Translations under genes and position numbers: made by a program
Shown: one piece after another, positions 1 to 9,500 of the stretch
Position numbering within the stretch: the first letter of the stretch is position 1
How the letters are laid out: every line of letters begins with the position of its first letter
Source of the DNA: Bacteroidota bacterium
Lineage (GTDB): Bacteria > Bacteroidota > Bacteroidia > Bacteroidales > JAGONC01
Length of the DNA: 64,000 bases
Direction of reading: 5' to 3'
Assembly: GCA_022711405.1 (NCBI GenBank)
Contig: JAKLFC010000011.1
Coordinates: 8,255 to 72,254, forward strand
The notes under the pieces: generated by a model
What the model saw: only the letters and a program-made list of their open reading frames with translations
The model's database searches: none
What the model was told of the DNA's origin: nothing

Positions 1-269
1 ATGCTCCAGCTGCAGGCTACCTCTTCGTGCTGATAACGCAGCAGGTAGTCGGTGCTGAAGGCGATGCAGACCTGATGGTTGTGCTCCAGGATGGAGATCT
101 TCTTTCCTTCCGGCGCTGAGTGCAGGTAGATCGTACCATTTTCGAATCCGAAGTTAAAAGGCAGTACATAGGGTTTGTTCTCCCGGTCGACCATGGCGAC
201 GTGACAGACCTCACACTTTTGTATGATCTCATAGATGGTGCTGCGGGATTCTATGGGTCGGCTCTTCAT
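1..269 (-). CDS. Pyridoxamine 5'-phosphate oxidase-like flavin-binding protein (C-terminal part runs off the window start)
   Basis: My own reverse-strand translation from ATG 269-267 gives MKSRPIESRSTIYEIIQKCEVCHVAMVDRENKPYVLPFNFGFENGTIYLHSAPEGKKISILEHNHQVCIAFSTDYLLRYQHEEVACSWS with no stop down to position 1. It is absent from the supplied track because it is open-ended. Its ATG overlaps the stop of the upstream gene (ATGA, 266-269). Confidence 0.6.
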   Translation of the reverse strand, partial: MKSRPIESRSTIYEIIQKCEVCHVAMVDRENKPYVLPFNFGFENGTIYLHSAPEGKKISILEHNHQVCIAFSTDYLLRYQHEEVACSWS

Positions 270-613
270 GATGATTGCTTTTTCCTGACATTGATCAGCG
301 AATTTACAAAAGAAATGATCAGGCTGAACAGCAGCGCCCACCAGAATCCATCCACTTCGAACCGTTGCCCGATGAGGTGATCGGCGATCAGGATGATGAC
401 CGCATTGATCACCAGCAGGAACAATCCCAGGGTGATGATGGTGAAAGGGATCGTCAGGATGACCAGCAGCGGTCTGAGAAAGAAATTGAGCAGCGCCAGA
501 ACCACTGCAACCAGCAGGGCGGTCCAGATTGAATCCACATGCACGCCCGGTAAAATGTAGGCTGTAACCAGGATGACAGCGGAGGAGATCAGTAATCTTA
601 ACAGGATACGCAT
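266..613 (-). CDS. Small multi-pass membrane protein, DUF360 / holin-4-like family
   Basis: 115-aa ORF made almost entirely of hydrophobic segments (ISSAVILVTAYILPG, ALLVAVVLALLNFF, LLVILTIPFTIITLGLFLLVINAVIILIA, WWALLFSLIISFV). No phage genes nearby. Confidence 0.6.
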   Translation of the reverse strand: MRILLRLLISSAVILVTAYILPGVHVDSIWTALLVAVVLALLNFFLRPLLVILTIPFTIITLGLFLLVINAVIILIADHLIGQRFEVDGFWWALLFSLIISFVNSLINVRKKQSS

Positions 614-664
614 TTCAATAGGAATTATGATTCAAAGGTAATGGTTTGTGTGATCCGCATTCTA

Positions 665-3574
665 TTAATAAAATGAATTGACATCCATTGAAAATAAAAA
701 TTGGAACATGAATTCAGACTCCTCAGGCAGGTAAATGGTTCGTAATCCCATATCAAAGGGTGCCAGGAACCTCAGTACATGCATATCGGCCGTGAGGTCA
801 AGACCCAGTGACTGGTAGGTATCCCTGTGGAGCTGGTTTTTGCTATCCCTGTACTCACCGGTCGCATAATCCCAGAAAATATTGGCTTTCAGCCTTTTAA
901 GATAGATCACCGGACCGAGGGCCAGGTCGGGGTACCAGAACGGGAATTTATAGCCTGCTGAAAAGCTGAAGGCATCATCCAGGTAGATACCGGAATACCC
1001 CCTGGGATAATTGATCAGATCGGCAAAACGATAGGTGCCGGGATCCTTGCGCTGGTATGCCGTATACAGCCGTAGTCCATGGTGCCTGATAATGCCGGGC
1101 AGGTAGAAGTAGCCTTCCGCTGATCCGATTTCTCCGAGGGGGATCCCGCTGAAAGGCGTATGCCTGAAGTTCAGGTCGAGCGTCATTCCCCACCTGGGAT
1201 AGAGATCGCGGTACGAGGTTTCCATCTGCCCGTACGCCAGCAGCCGGTACTCCATCACCTGGAAAGTACCGGTAACAAAACGGGAAGGAGCGTTCTCGGG
1301 ATGAGTGATATGCATAAAGGTGGCTCCCACAGAAGGCTGCCATCCGACGATCCACCTCGAGACAAGGTATTGAAGAGGTACCCTGAGCATTGTCCTCAGG
1401 TTATCTTCCCTCCAGGAGTATTCGACCTTGGTATCAAGCGAATCATAATAATAGCTTTTACGCTTTCCTATCTGGTAGGTGATGTCGGCCACCGGGTAAA
1501 GCCCGCGGTAGCTGAAGTCGGCAAACCAGGTCCCCTCCCTTTCGTTCATATCGTACCGGTAGCCCAGGGTTGTGAAAGCTGTGCTGAGCTTGTTCTGCGA
1601 CATGATGGATGCCCCGGGGTAGAAGTCCTGGTTGTCCACATCCACATAAAAGGGCCCCCAGCTGTGAACATTGAACAGGTTTTTCCAGTCGCGGTAAGGT
1701 CTGCTGATGTAGTGCGAATCAGCAAGTGCTTCGCCATCAAAGAGATATCCCTCAACCGATGTGAGCGAATCGGCCAGGCTGGAAAGGATATTGTTTTGCT
1801 CTTCCACCGGTTCCCACTCCTCCGGCACCAGCGGCAGGCGTTCGATCCGGTAGCCGTCGCCCGTATAGTTTGCATAATAAAGAAAGCGGTGATCATCGGT
1901 AATGAAAGCATCCGTCGCGCCCAGTGCGACACTGGTGACCTGCCGGATGTGGTGGCCCGAAGTATCCACGGCATAGATCTGATCCACGCCTGAATATCCA
2001 CCGGTGAAATAAACATATTTTCCCGCCGCCCTGGGCAAATAAAGTTCCGTGTGCGACCATGGAGTGATCACAAACCATGATTCCGAAAGCAGATCACAGA
2101 CAATCAATGCTTTACCTTTATCGCAAACACCCACTGCGACGATCTTTCGTTGATTTTCCATCCAGTCAGGGGTCATCAGAGATATGCCGCCGGGTGCAGG
2201 AATACGTTGCCTGACAGCCCCGGTAACCGGATCGAGGATCACCAGGCGGCTCCCGTCGAGTGAATCGAGCTCCACAGCGGCTATGCTGTGTGCGTCAGGC
2301 GACAGGGCAGGAGCAAAGATTCGCTGATGACGGGTGAGATCCCTGACCCTGCCTGTTTCGATATCGTACACCTGGACGTCGGCGTAGCTCCTGTTGTCCC
2401 ACCGGGGATCTGATCTTCTGGCCGACCAGGTGACCAGGTGGTGCGAAGCGGACAGGGTCTGGTTGAAATTAAATCCCGGGGTAAGCAGGACGGTTTCCTT
2501 ACCATTCCTATCAATAAGAATGTAACGGTTCACATCGTCGATGCTGCTTTTTTCTGCCAGAATACCCCGGCCGGGTATTTCAGCCGGGTGGCGGTAGTTC
2601 ACGTAGGTCGAACTTCGGTTGGCAGAGCCGGTGGACATTAATTGTGATTCATGGTCATTCACTGTCATACCTTCATCGCCTTTCCAGCAGGAATCAAGTT
2701 CTGAGAGGATGGAGTGGTATAGTTGGGATTTGGTGAGGCCTGTGTTCTTTTTCAGGGCATGGTTCCAGGGGACCAGCATAAATGGTTTGCGTGCAGCGGT
2801 ATTCATGGCGTCTTCCCAGATGCGGGGGCCGTAGCTGATCCGTGAGGCACCCACAAGGTAATATCCCAGCATGTAATGATTGGGAACGAAATCCTTATAA
2901 GAACCATAGACTGCCTTGTCGTAGGAATAGATGCCATGCGATGCCAGCTGACCCCTGAGGGGCATGGAAAATGAGGGCTCCCTTCCCCTGCCCGAAAGAG
3001 ACCACCCGGTTTCGGCGGCTACTGCATCCCCTTCCAGGAACCAGAAGGGTACAAAAAGACCGATCATGGCGGCTGCAGCCTGTTCGCCAAAAACGTAATA
3101 AAGCCCCCTGGTGAATCCCTGGTTCATTTTTTCGATCTGCTGCACATGCCTGTATTCATGGAGGATCAACTGATCGAGCCAGGGCTGGGAATAGTTATCC
3201 TGTGGAGGCGGGGTAAATATTTCCATCCTGCGGGGTGCCCACGGTACCATGGCATCGCTGAGAACGGAGGTGGTGTGAAAGATGACCGGTAGTTTCCGGG
3301 GACTTGAAGTGAGTGTTTGCACGCCCCTGGCTGTGACCTGCTCAAGCCCCGCTGCAAAATAGTGCGCCTTTGTCTCGTAGTAATCCGGAAAAATGACCTG
3401 GAAATGCTGCGTATTGATCTGCCTCCACTTCAGCGCAGCCGGATCCTGCCCCAAATCAAAATATTGAGTAAAACCGTTCGTAGAAAGTAACAGGAATATG
3501 GGCAAGACCGCCCAAAACATGCTTCTTCCTATCTCTCTCATCTTTCCTCTCTCCTTTCTCCTCTCTCCTCTCAT
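665..3574 (-). CDS. Exported HExxH metalloprotease-like protein with beta-propeller-like middle and outer-membrane-barrel-like C-terminus
   Basis: 969-aa ORF. Signal-like MFWAVLPIFLLLSTNGFTQ, so the true start is probably ATG 3541 or 3520. HExxH in LILHEYRHVQQ. TolB/PD40-like stretches (KYVYFTGGYSGVDQIYAVD). Ends in aromatic ...VNSFY. Only 2 bp from the upstream gene. Confidence 0.6.
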   Translation of the reverse strand: MRGERRKERGKMREIGRSMFWAVLPIFLLLSTNGFTQYFDLGQDPAALKWRQINTQHFQVIFPDYYETKAHYFAAGLEQVTARGVQTLTSSPRKLPVIFHTTSVLSDAMVPWAPRRMEIFTPPPQDNYSQPWLDQLILHEYRHVQQIEKMNQGFTRGLYYVFGEQAAAAMIGLFVPFWFLEGDAVAAETGWSLSGRGREPSFSMPLRGQLASHGIYSYDKAVYGSYKDFVPNHYMLGYYLVGASRISYGPRIWEDAMNTAARKPFMLVPWNHALKKNTGLTKSQLYHSILSELDSCWKGDEGMTVNDHESQLMSTGSANRSSTYVNYRHPAEIPGRGILAEKSSIDDVNRYILIDRNGKETVLLTPGFNFNQTLSASHHLVTWSARRSDPRWDNRSYADVQVYDIETGRVRDLTRHQRIFAPALSPDAHSIAAVELDSLDGSRLVILDPVTGAVRQRIPAPGGISLMTPDWMENQRKIVAVGVCDKGKALIVCDLLSESWFVITPWSHTELYLPRAAGKYVYFTGGYSGVDQIYAVDTSGHHIRQVTSVALGATDAFITDDHRFLYYANYTGDGYRIERLPLVPEEWEPVEEQNNILSSLADSLTSVEGYLFDGEALADSHYISRPYRDWKNLFNVHSWGPFYVDVDNQDFYPGASIMSQNKLSTAFTTLGYRYDMNEREGTWFADFSYRGLYPVADITYQIGKRKSYYYDSLDTKVEYSWREDNLRTMLRVPLQYLVSRWIVGWQPSVGATFMHITHPENAPSRFVTGTFQVMEYRLLAYGQMETSYRDLYPRWGMTLDLNFRHTPFSGIPLGEIGSAEGYFYLPGIIRHHGLRLYTAYQRKDPGTYRFADLINYPRGYSGIYLDDAFSFSAGYKFPFWYPDLALGPVIYLKRLKANIFWDYATGEYRDSKNQLHRDTYQSLGLDLTADMHVLRFLAPFDMGLRTIYLPEESEFMFQFLFSMDVNSFY
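3541..3572 (-). repeat. 32-nt pure homopurine (mRNA sense) tract GAGAGGAGAGAGGAGAAAGGAGAGAGGAAAGA
   Basis: Read directly from the sequence. It lies between the stop of the 991-aa gene and the probable start (3541/3520) of the HExxH gene. Confidence 0.9.
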
Positions 3575-3576
3575 AT

Positions 3577-6552
3577 TTATTCGGGCTTCATCACCACCCC
3601 GATCCTCTTTCTCCCGTCAATGAAGATCTGAAGTGGATGCTCAAAATGGACATGGCGCAGGTATTCATCTTCATAGACCGGTGGAATGGCGGAAAGGTAA
3701 TCAAGGTCATAATACCCGTCCCTGATGTACGGATTGATCGTAAAATAACCCACCCGGAATGAGGTAAGGTTCTGGAAGAAATGGGTTCCCTGGCTGGGGT
3801 CGATGCGGTAATGCGACAGTCCTGATTCAACGATCAGCCGTGCAGCAGATATCTGGGGCCATTTGACGGGGATGCCGAGCCAGGGATCCGCAGATCCCCA
3901 GCGGCCCGGGCCTACCAGGATATAATTCAGTTTCCTCGAAATGAACCATTCGTTCATGCCACTGACTTTCATCGCAATATCGTTTGTCTTGCTGGCAATG
4001 AAAGCCTGGGGCTTTACATAAAGAATATCCTGGATATTTTTGATGGTGCCGTTGCCCAGTGCTGACCTTGAATACAGGATCGTTTTTTCGCAGGGTATCT
4101 CATCCAGTTTTTCCTCAATGACTTCCGTATTATCGACAATAGGCCGGATCTGGAGGAGGTTGAAGACCATGGGTTCTCCCTTTCCCGGGTTCAGGTCAAT
4201 GGCAAATTCGATCTCCACGGGGCGGCTCATCTCCTGTGAACCCATTTCCAGTGCCATATGGATGATCTCCGCCAGTGGAAATACGTTGTGGTTCAAGATC
4301 TTCGAGAAAGTGATGATCCTCTGGCCGGGGTATTGTGTACCGTCGCGCAGCATATTGTTCTCGAAATCCCAGGTAGAGGCAATATTTTTCAGGGAATTGT
4401 CTTTATCTGCTTCATTTACAGGAAGTTTGATCATATTGATGGCATCATCCACATCCGGTTTGAAACTGGCCGGATCCAGGTTCAGGGCATAGAACATCTT
4501 CTGCGTCTCTTTCAATGCCATCTCCGGGGAGGAGAGCTGCAGGATCTTCCGGGGATGTTTGGGTGAGAAACGGAGTGTCATGCCTCCTTCCATCACATAT
4601 TTTCCAAGACCGAATGCAACATTGGCGATGCCGTCCTCGGGTTTTTCGGGTTCGATCGGGTAGAAGTTGATGGAGCGTGCCACACCGGAAATGGAAGGAT
4701 AGAAGCGGTCGTTATACCGCTGTCCGCAGACGGTCTGCAGTACGATCCCCATCTTCTCCTCGTCGATCACGTTGGAGGTGGCGGTCATGTAGGATTTGCT
4801 GTTCCGGAAAAACGCTGAGGCATACACACATTTGATGGCCTCGCTCAGCAGGCGGATCATGAGCCGTTCGTCATTGTCGACATACGGGATCATATAGGTA
4901 TTATAGATCCCTGCAAATGGCTGGTAATGACTGTCTTCCAGCAGACTGGATGACCGGATGGCCAGAGGGTTCCTGACATAGCTGATCAGTGTGTACAGGT
5001 CCTCATGGATCCGGAAAGGAAGCCTTGCTTTGGCAAACTGTTCCAGGATCTTTTCATCCGTAGTTTCTGACAGGGCGATCCGGTACAGATCATTTTGCTC
5101 GATGAATTCGTCGAAGACGTCGGTGCAAAGGACAACCGTTTTGGGTATGGAAACGATGATATCGTCGTATTTGTCGAGGAAGCGGTATTTTTTGATCAGC
5201 GAGTCGAGGAATGCCAGTCCGCGTGCTTTTCCGCCGATGGATCCGTTTCCGATCCGTGTGAAGCTGAGGTACTCATCGAAGCTTTCCTTGTTGAATTCGG
5301 CGATCACGCCCCGTGATTTGTACATCCGGAAGCTGGCGATGGCATCGAAGATGAACCGGCGGATGGCATCCAGGTCGTTGTCAAAGTCGGCCATGCGCAG
5401 GTCGCGCAGCAGGTCGGCCAGGGGGAAAAGGGTCCTTGCGCGCAGCCACTTGGAGATGTGGTTATGGTTGATGTGGTACAGCAAAGAGTCATCGGGCACC
5501 TCGAACATCTTCATCTGCAGGGTCTTCAGGTCCGGCGCCCGGTTGATCTCCTCCATGGTCTCCGGGTCCTGGAACACGAAGTCGCCGAAGGCAAAGAACT
5601 CGATGATGAAGTTCCGCAGCTCGATCGACAGGGTTTTGGAGGTTTTGTTGATGAATCCGACCTTCAGCTCCTTGGCCCGTATTTCGTTGGCCGCATCCGA
5701 ACTCTGCAGCAGCAGCGGCATGAAGACATCGTCCTTCTTGACCTTCATGCACAATTTGATCCCGGCCTCCTTATCCATTTCACCGCCACGCTTGTAACTC
5801 ACGTCGGTGATGATCCCCAGGAGGTTGTTTTTGTATTTTTCATACAGGATGACGGCTTCATCGTAGTTGGTGGCCAGCAGGATCTTGGGTCTTCCCCTCA
5901 TCCGGAGCATTTGCTGGTGCTCATTCAACCCTTCCAGCTGGAACGCCTTCGACTGCTTGAAGATGATCTTGTAGATGTTCGGCAGGTAGCTTGAATAGAA
6001 CCGGATCGAATCCTCCACCAGGATGATGGCCTGCACCCCCACCTCGTTGACATCATGTTCCACGTTCATCTTATCCTCGATCAGCTTGATGATCGCCAGC
6101 AGGATATCAGGGTTCCCAAGCCAGCTGAAGAAGTAATCCACATAGCTGTAATCTTCCTGGCTCACTTTCATGCTGACTTCCCTGGAGAACGGAGTCAGTA
6201 CAACGATGGGCTTCCTGGGGTATTTGTTCTTGATGCGTTTGGCCAGGTCAAAGGTGCCGACGTTGTCGGCGCTCAGCATGATGATGATCAGGTCGATGCT
6301 TTCATTGTCGAGGATCTCGAAGGCTTCCTGGTTGGAGTGTGTGATCATGAACTGCGGAGGGTAGCGCAGGTTAAGGGCCACATACTCATTGAAGATCTGT
6401 TCATCGATGCGGCCGTCACCTTCCAGGATAAAGGCATCGTAGGAGCTCGACACCAGAAGCACATGGTAGATGCGCTTCTTCATCAGGTTGATGAAAGGAG
6501 TGTCGGAGAAGTAGTACCGCTTGAGGTTAAGGATCTTCGGGTTGACAGTCAT
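3577..6552 (-). CDS. Pseudo-receiver + receiver + PEP/pyruvate-binding (PPDK_N-type ATP-grasp) protein
   Basis: 991 aa. Domain 1 is HVLLVSSSYD...DLIIIMLSADN, with SS for the acidic pair and Met at the phospho-Asp position. Domain 2 is IILVEDS...LLGIITDVSY...LLLQSSD, with acceptor Asp retained. ATP-grasp signatures GGKARGLAFL and AIRSSSLLEDS..FAGIYNTY. I see no GGxTSHAA swivel-His motif. Confidence 0.75.
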   Translation of the reverse strand: MTVNPKILNLKRYYFSDTPFINLMKKRIYHVLLVSSSYDAFILEGDGRIDEQIFNEYVALNLRYPPQFMITHSNQEAFEILDNESIDLIIIMLSADNVGTFDLAKRIKNKYPRKPIVVLTPFSREVSMKVSQEDYSYVDYFFSWLGNPDILLAIIKLIEDKMNVEHDVNEVGVQAIILVEDSIRFYSSYLPNIYKIIFKQSKAFQLEGLNEHQQMLRMRGRPKILLATNYDEAVILYEKYKNNLLGIITDVSYKRGGEMDKEAGIKLCMKVKKDDVFMPLLLQSSDAANEIRAKELKVGFINKTSKTLSIELRNFIIEFFAFGDFVFQDPETMEEINRAPDLKTLQMKMFEVPDDSLLYHINHNHISKWLRARTLFPLADLLRDLRMADFDNDLDAIRRFIFDAIASFRMYKSRGVIAEFNKESFDEYLSFTRIGNGSIGGKARGLAFLDSLIKKYRFLDKYDDIIVSIPKTVVLCTDVFDEFIEQNDLYRIALSETTDEKILEQFAKARLPFRIHEDLYTLISYVRNPLAIRSSSLLEDSHYQPFAGIYNTYMIPYVDNDERLMIRLLSEAIKCVYASAFFRNSKSYMTATSNVIDEEKMGIVLQTVCGQRYNDRFYPSISGVARSINFYPIEPEKPEDGIANVAFGLGKYVMEGGMTLRFSPKHPRKILQLSSPEMALKETQKMFYALNLDPASFKPDVDDAINMIKLPVNEADKDNSLKNIASTWDFENNMLRDGTQYPGQRIITFSKILNHNVFPLAEIIHMALEMGSQEMSRPVEIEFAIDLNPGKGEPMVFNLLQIRPIVDNTEVIEEKLDEIPCEKTILYSRSALGNGTIKNIQDILYVKPQAFIASKTNDIAMKVSGMNEWFISRKLNYILVGPGRWGSADPWLGIPVKWPQISAARLIVESGLSHYRIDPSQGTHFFQNLTSFRVGYFTINPYIRDGYYDLDYLSAIPPVYEDEYLRHVHFEHPLQIFIDGRKRIGVVMKPE

Positions 6553-6563
6553 GCCGTAAGGAG

Positions 6564-9500
6564 TTACTGTTTAGCAGGGAGATGTTCTGAAAACGCATCA
6601 TCGAACCGCTTATTCAGAATATCGCAGCCGTGGTGGAACATCCGGCCGCTACTGCTCCCGCTGGTCACCTGGAAAACAAGCCGCTGCAGTTCTTTCGGAA
6701 CCGTCAGCAGCGAAAGCGCCTCCAGGTGAATGTCTTCGATACTGCTGCTCCCGTTCAGGCCGAACAAGCCCAGCAGGTTGCTCAATTGCTGGTAGCCGGT
6801 CTGCTCCACCGGACACTTCAGAACCTTTTCAAATGTCTGGATCATCCTCTGGGTGTTGGTGAAACTGCCCCCCGATTCAAAGGGCATGGAAGCCGGAAGG
6901 ATCAGATGGGCGTGCCGCGCGGTATCCGTCATGAAATAATCCTGCACCATCACAAAGTCGGCAACGGACAACCATCCGGCAACCTTCACCTTGTTGCTGG
7001 CGCACCCCAGGGGGTCTTCCCCAAAGATGAACAGGTTCTTCAGCTGCGCATTTTCAAGAAGCTCGTACAGGTTATTGACGGGTCTTGGAATGGAACGGAT
7101 CTGCCACTTTTCCTTTAACCGGTGATGCAGATCCCTGTCGCTGATAGGTATACCGCCGATGCCAAGATCAGGTGAAATCCCCATGTCCGTCAGTCCCTGG
7201 GAATTGTTCTTTTCCTTGAGGACAAGGATGCCATTGGCTGTCTTTCCCAGCTTGCCCGTGAGCATGGCAAGGTTGTAGATTTCCGAGGCAGTGCCGGCGC
7301 AGCATTCCTTTTCCGAGAAGACAATGATGGCGTTCATTTCCCGGTTGATCTCCTTGGCAAACTCAATGACCTGATCCATGATGGGCACTCCCGAAGCGTT
7401 CAGCAAACCGACGAAGTCTTCCTTCAGGAGCTGCTGCCTGTAGGTGTCGAAATTGTCACAGTTATCATGGATGAAGAGACGGTTTTCGAACCCATTGGCC
7501 ACCAGGTAGTAATTAACAGCCCTGATAAAATGATAGTACGATTTGATGATCAGGCTGGAGTCTGCCTTCCGGATCATGGTGCTTTGCGGATGAACGGTGA
7601 CCAGCTCCACAGGGATATGGTACTGGTACTGGGCCTGATTGATCATGAAACCGGCCACGGCATTGTCGCTGTTTATTTCGGCTCCAATCAGGTAGATCTT
7701 GCTGGCATGCCGGATCTGTTCAAAGGGAACATTGTGGGACGAATCAAAATCATATCCTTTCCCCCTGTTCAGGTAATGGAAGCTACTGATATTGTTTGTG
7801 TTGACAGCGGCTCTTGCCATTTTCTGGACCAGGTACAGCTCCTCATTGGTCAGCCGTGCCCCTGCAAAAAATGCATTATCGTCGGCTTTCACACTATGGA
7901 TGCGCTCCCGGATGATCCGGAACGCCTCGTCAAATCCGATTTCGTGAAAATGTCCGTTTTCCCTGTGAAGCGGCCGGGTGATCCGTGAACGGTCATTGAT
8001 GTAGTGATACCCGAATTTGGCGTACCGGCACAGGTTGCCGTCCTTGTTGATCTCTCCTTCCGTGCCGGTGACCCTCATCACAAAACCGTTCTTATGATGA
8101 AGCATGATGTTGCATCCCACCGAGCAATAATTACAGATGGTCTCTACTGGCTGCAGACTGACCGGCCCTGGCTTGAAGGGTACATTTTCGGTGATCGCAC
8201 CTGTGGGGCAGGTGGATATGCAAAGTCCGCACGATTCACAGGTCGTATCCTGCAATGCATTTCCCATACTGGGTGCCACGAAGGTGTCAAATCCCCGGTT
8301 GATCAGTCCCAGTGCATTGGCCCCGACGACCTCCCGGCATATGCGGATACAGCGTGAGCAGAGGATGCATTTGTTGTTGTCGATTTCGATGTAGGGGTGT
8401 CTGAAGTCGATGGCATACTCGTTGAATCCCCCCATATAGCTGTTCTGTTCTGCTTCGTATTCAGAGCAGTACCTTTTCAGGTCGCAGGTGAAATATTCCA
8501 CGCAACCGCACTCCAGGCAGCGTTGTGTTTCGTGCAGGGCCACCTTTTCGCTTGGGTATCCCAGTTCCACTTCATGGAAGTTCATGCGGTCTGCCGGATC
8601 CAGGGTGGGCATCTCTTCTCTGGCCTGATGTGCGAAGTGAGCGGTATAATCCTCCGGAGTTTGTGTTTTGAAATGATCTTTTTTGCTCAGGAATTCTTTT
8701 TTAACGGATTCGACCGGTTTTCCCATCAGGAAAAGGTGGCAGCTGCGGGAGGCGACCTTTGCCTGCCCGATGGCCTGTATGAGGGTGGCCGGTCCGGTGA
8801 CACCGTCGCCCGCGGCAAAGATGGAAGGGATGCCGGTCTGCAGGGTAAGAGGATCTGCATCGATATCTCCCCACCTGTTGAGCTTCAGTTCTGCGCCGTC
8901 ATGGTGTTTGTTGATGCCATCCAGGAATTTGGCATCCGTTTTCTGGCCTATGGCGGCCAGGATATAATCCACTTCCACGTCAAATTCCGAACCTTCAATG
9001 GGTATGGGCCGGCGGCGCCCCGACCTGTCGGGTTCGCCCAGCTGCATTTTCTGGCAGGTGATGGATTTAACCATCCCTTTTTCGTCCTTATTGATCCTTG
9101 CCGGATTCGTCAGGAGCATGTAGTCGACTCCTTCCAGCCTGGATTCATGTATTTCGATGGGATTGGCCGGCATTTCCTTTTCTGTGCGGCGGTAGATGAC
9201 GATCACTTCCTTTGCTCCGCATCGCCGTGCGGTCCGGCAGCAGTCCATGGCGGTGTTACCGCCTCCGATCACCGCAACCCTCTTGCCGCGGAAGTTGAAC
9301 CGTTCACCGGTCAGTTCCATCTGCTTCAGAAAATCGATACCCGAGAACACGTTGGTGGCGTCTTCTCCTTCACAGCCGATGTTGGTGCCCTTTTGAGAGC
9401 CTATGGTGAGGATCACCGCATCGTACTTCCTTTTGATCTCTTCATAATCCTGGTTTTCTCCAAACCTTTTATTGAAATGGATCTGGACACCCAGTTCGGT

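Noticed and set aside
17-232. 71-aa minus-strand ORF, plus the plus-strand ORFs 120-380 and 275-532
   Set aside because: They lie in different frames over the open-ended PNPOx-like CDS (1-269) and the DUF360 gene. They have no recognisable motifs and low-complexity Arg/Ser/Gln-rich composition, so they are shadow ORFs.
266-613. Holin-like protein as evidence for a prophage
   Set aside because: No capsid, tail, terminase, integrase or lysin genes are in the neighbourhood. DUF360-type proteins are common chromosomal membrane proteins.
3577-6552. Calling the PPDK_N-containing proteins (also 23164-27111) PEP synthase or pyruvate phosphate dikinase
   Set aside because: Only the ATP-grasp nucleotide-binding signatures are present. 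No swivel phospho-His motif or PEP/pyruvate TIM barrel was recognised, and two receiver-like domains precede the ATP-grasp.
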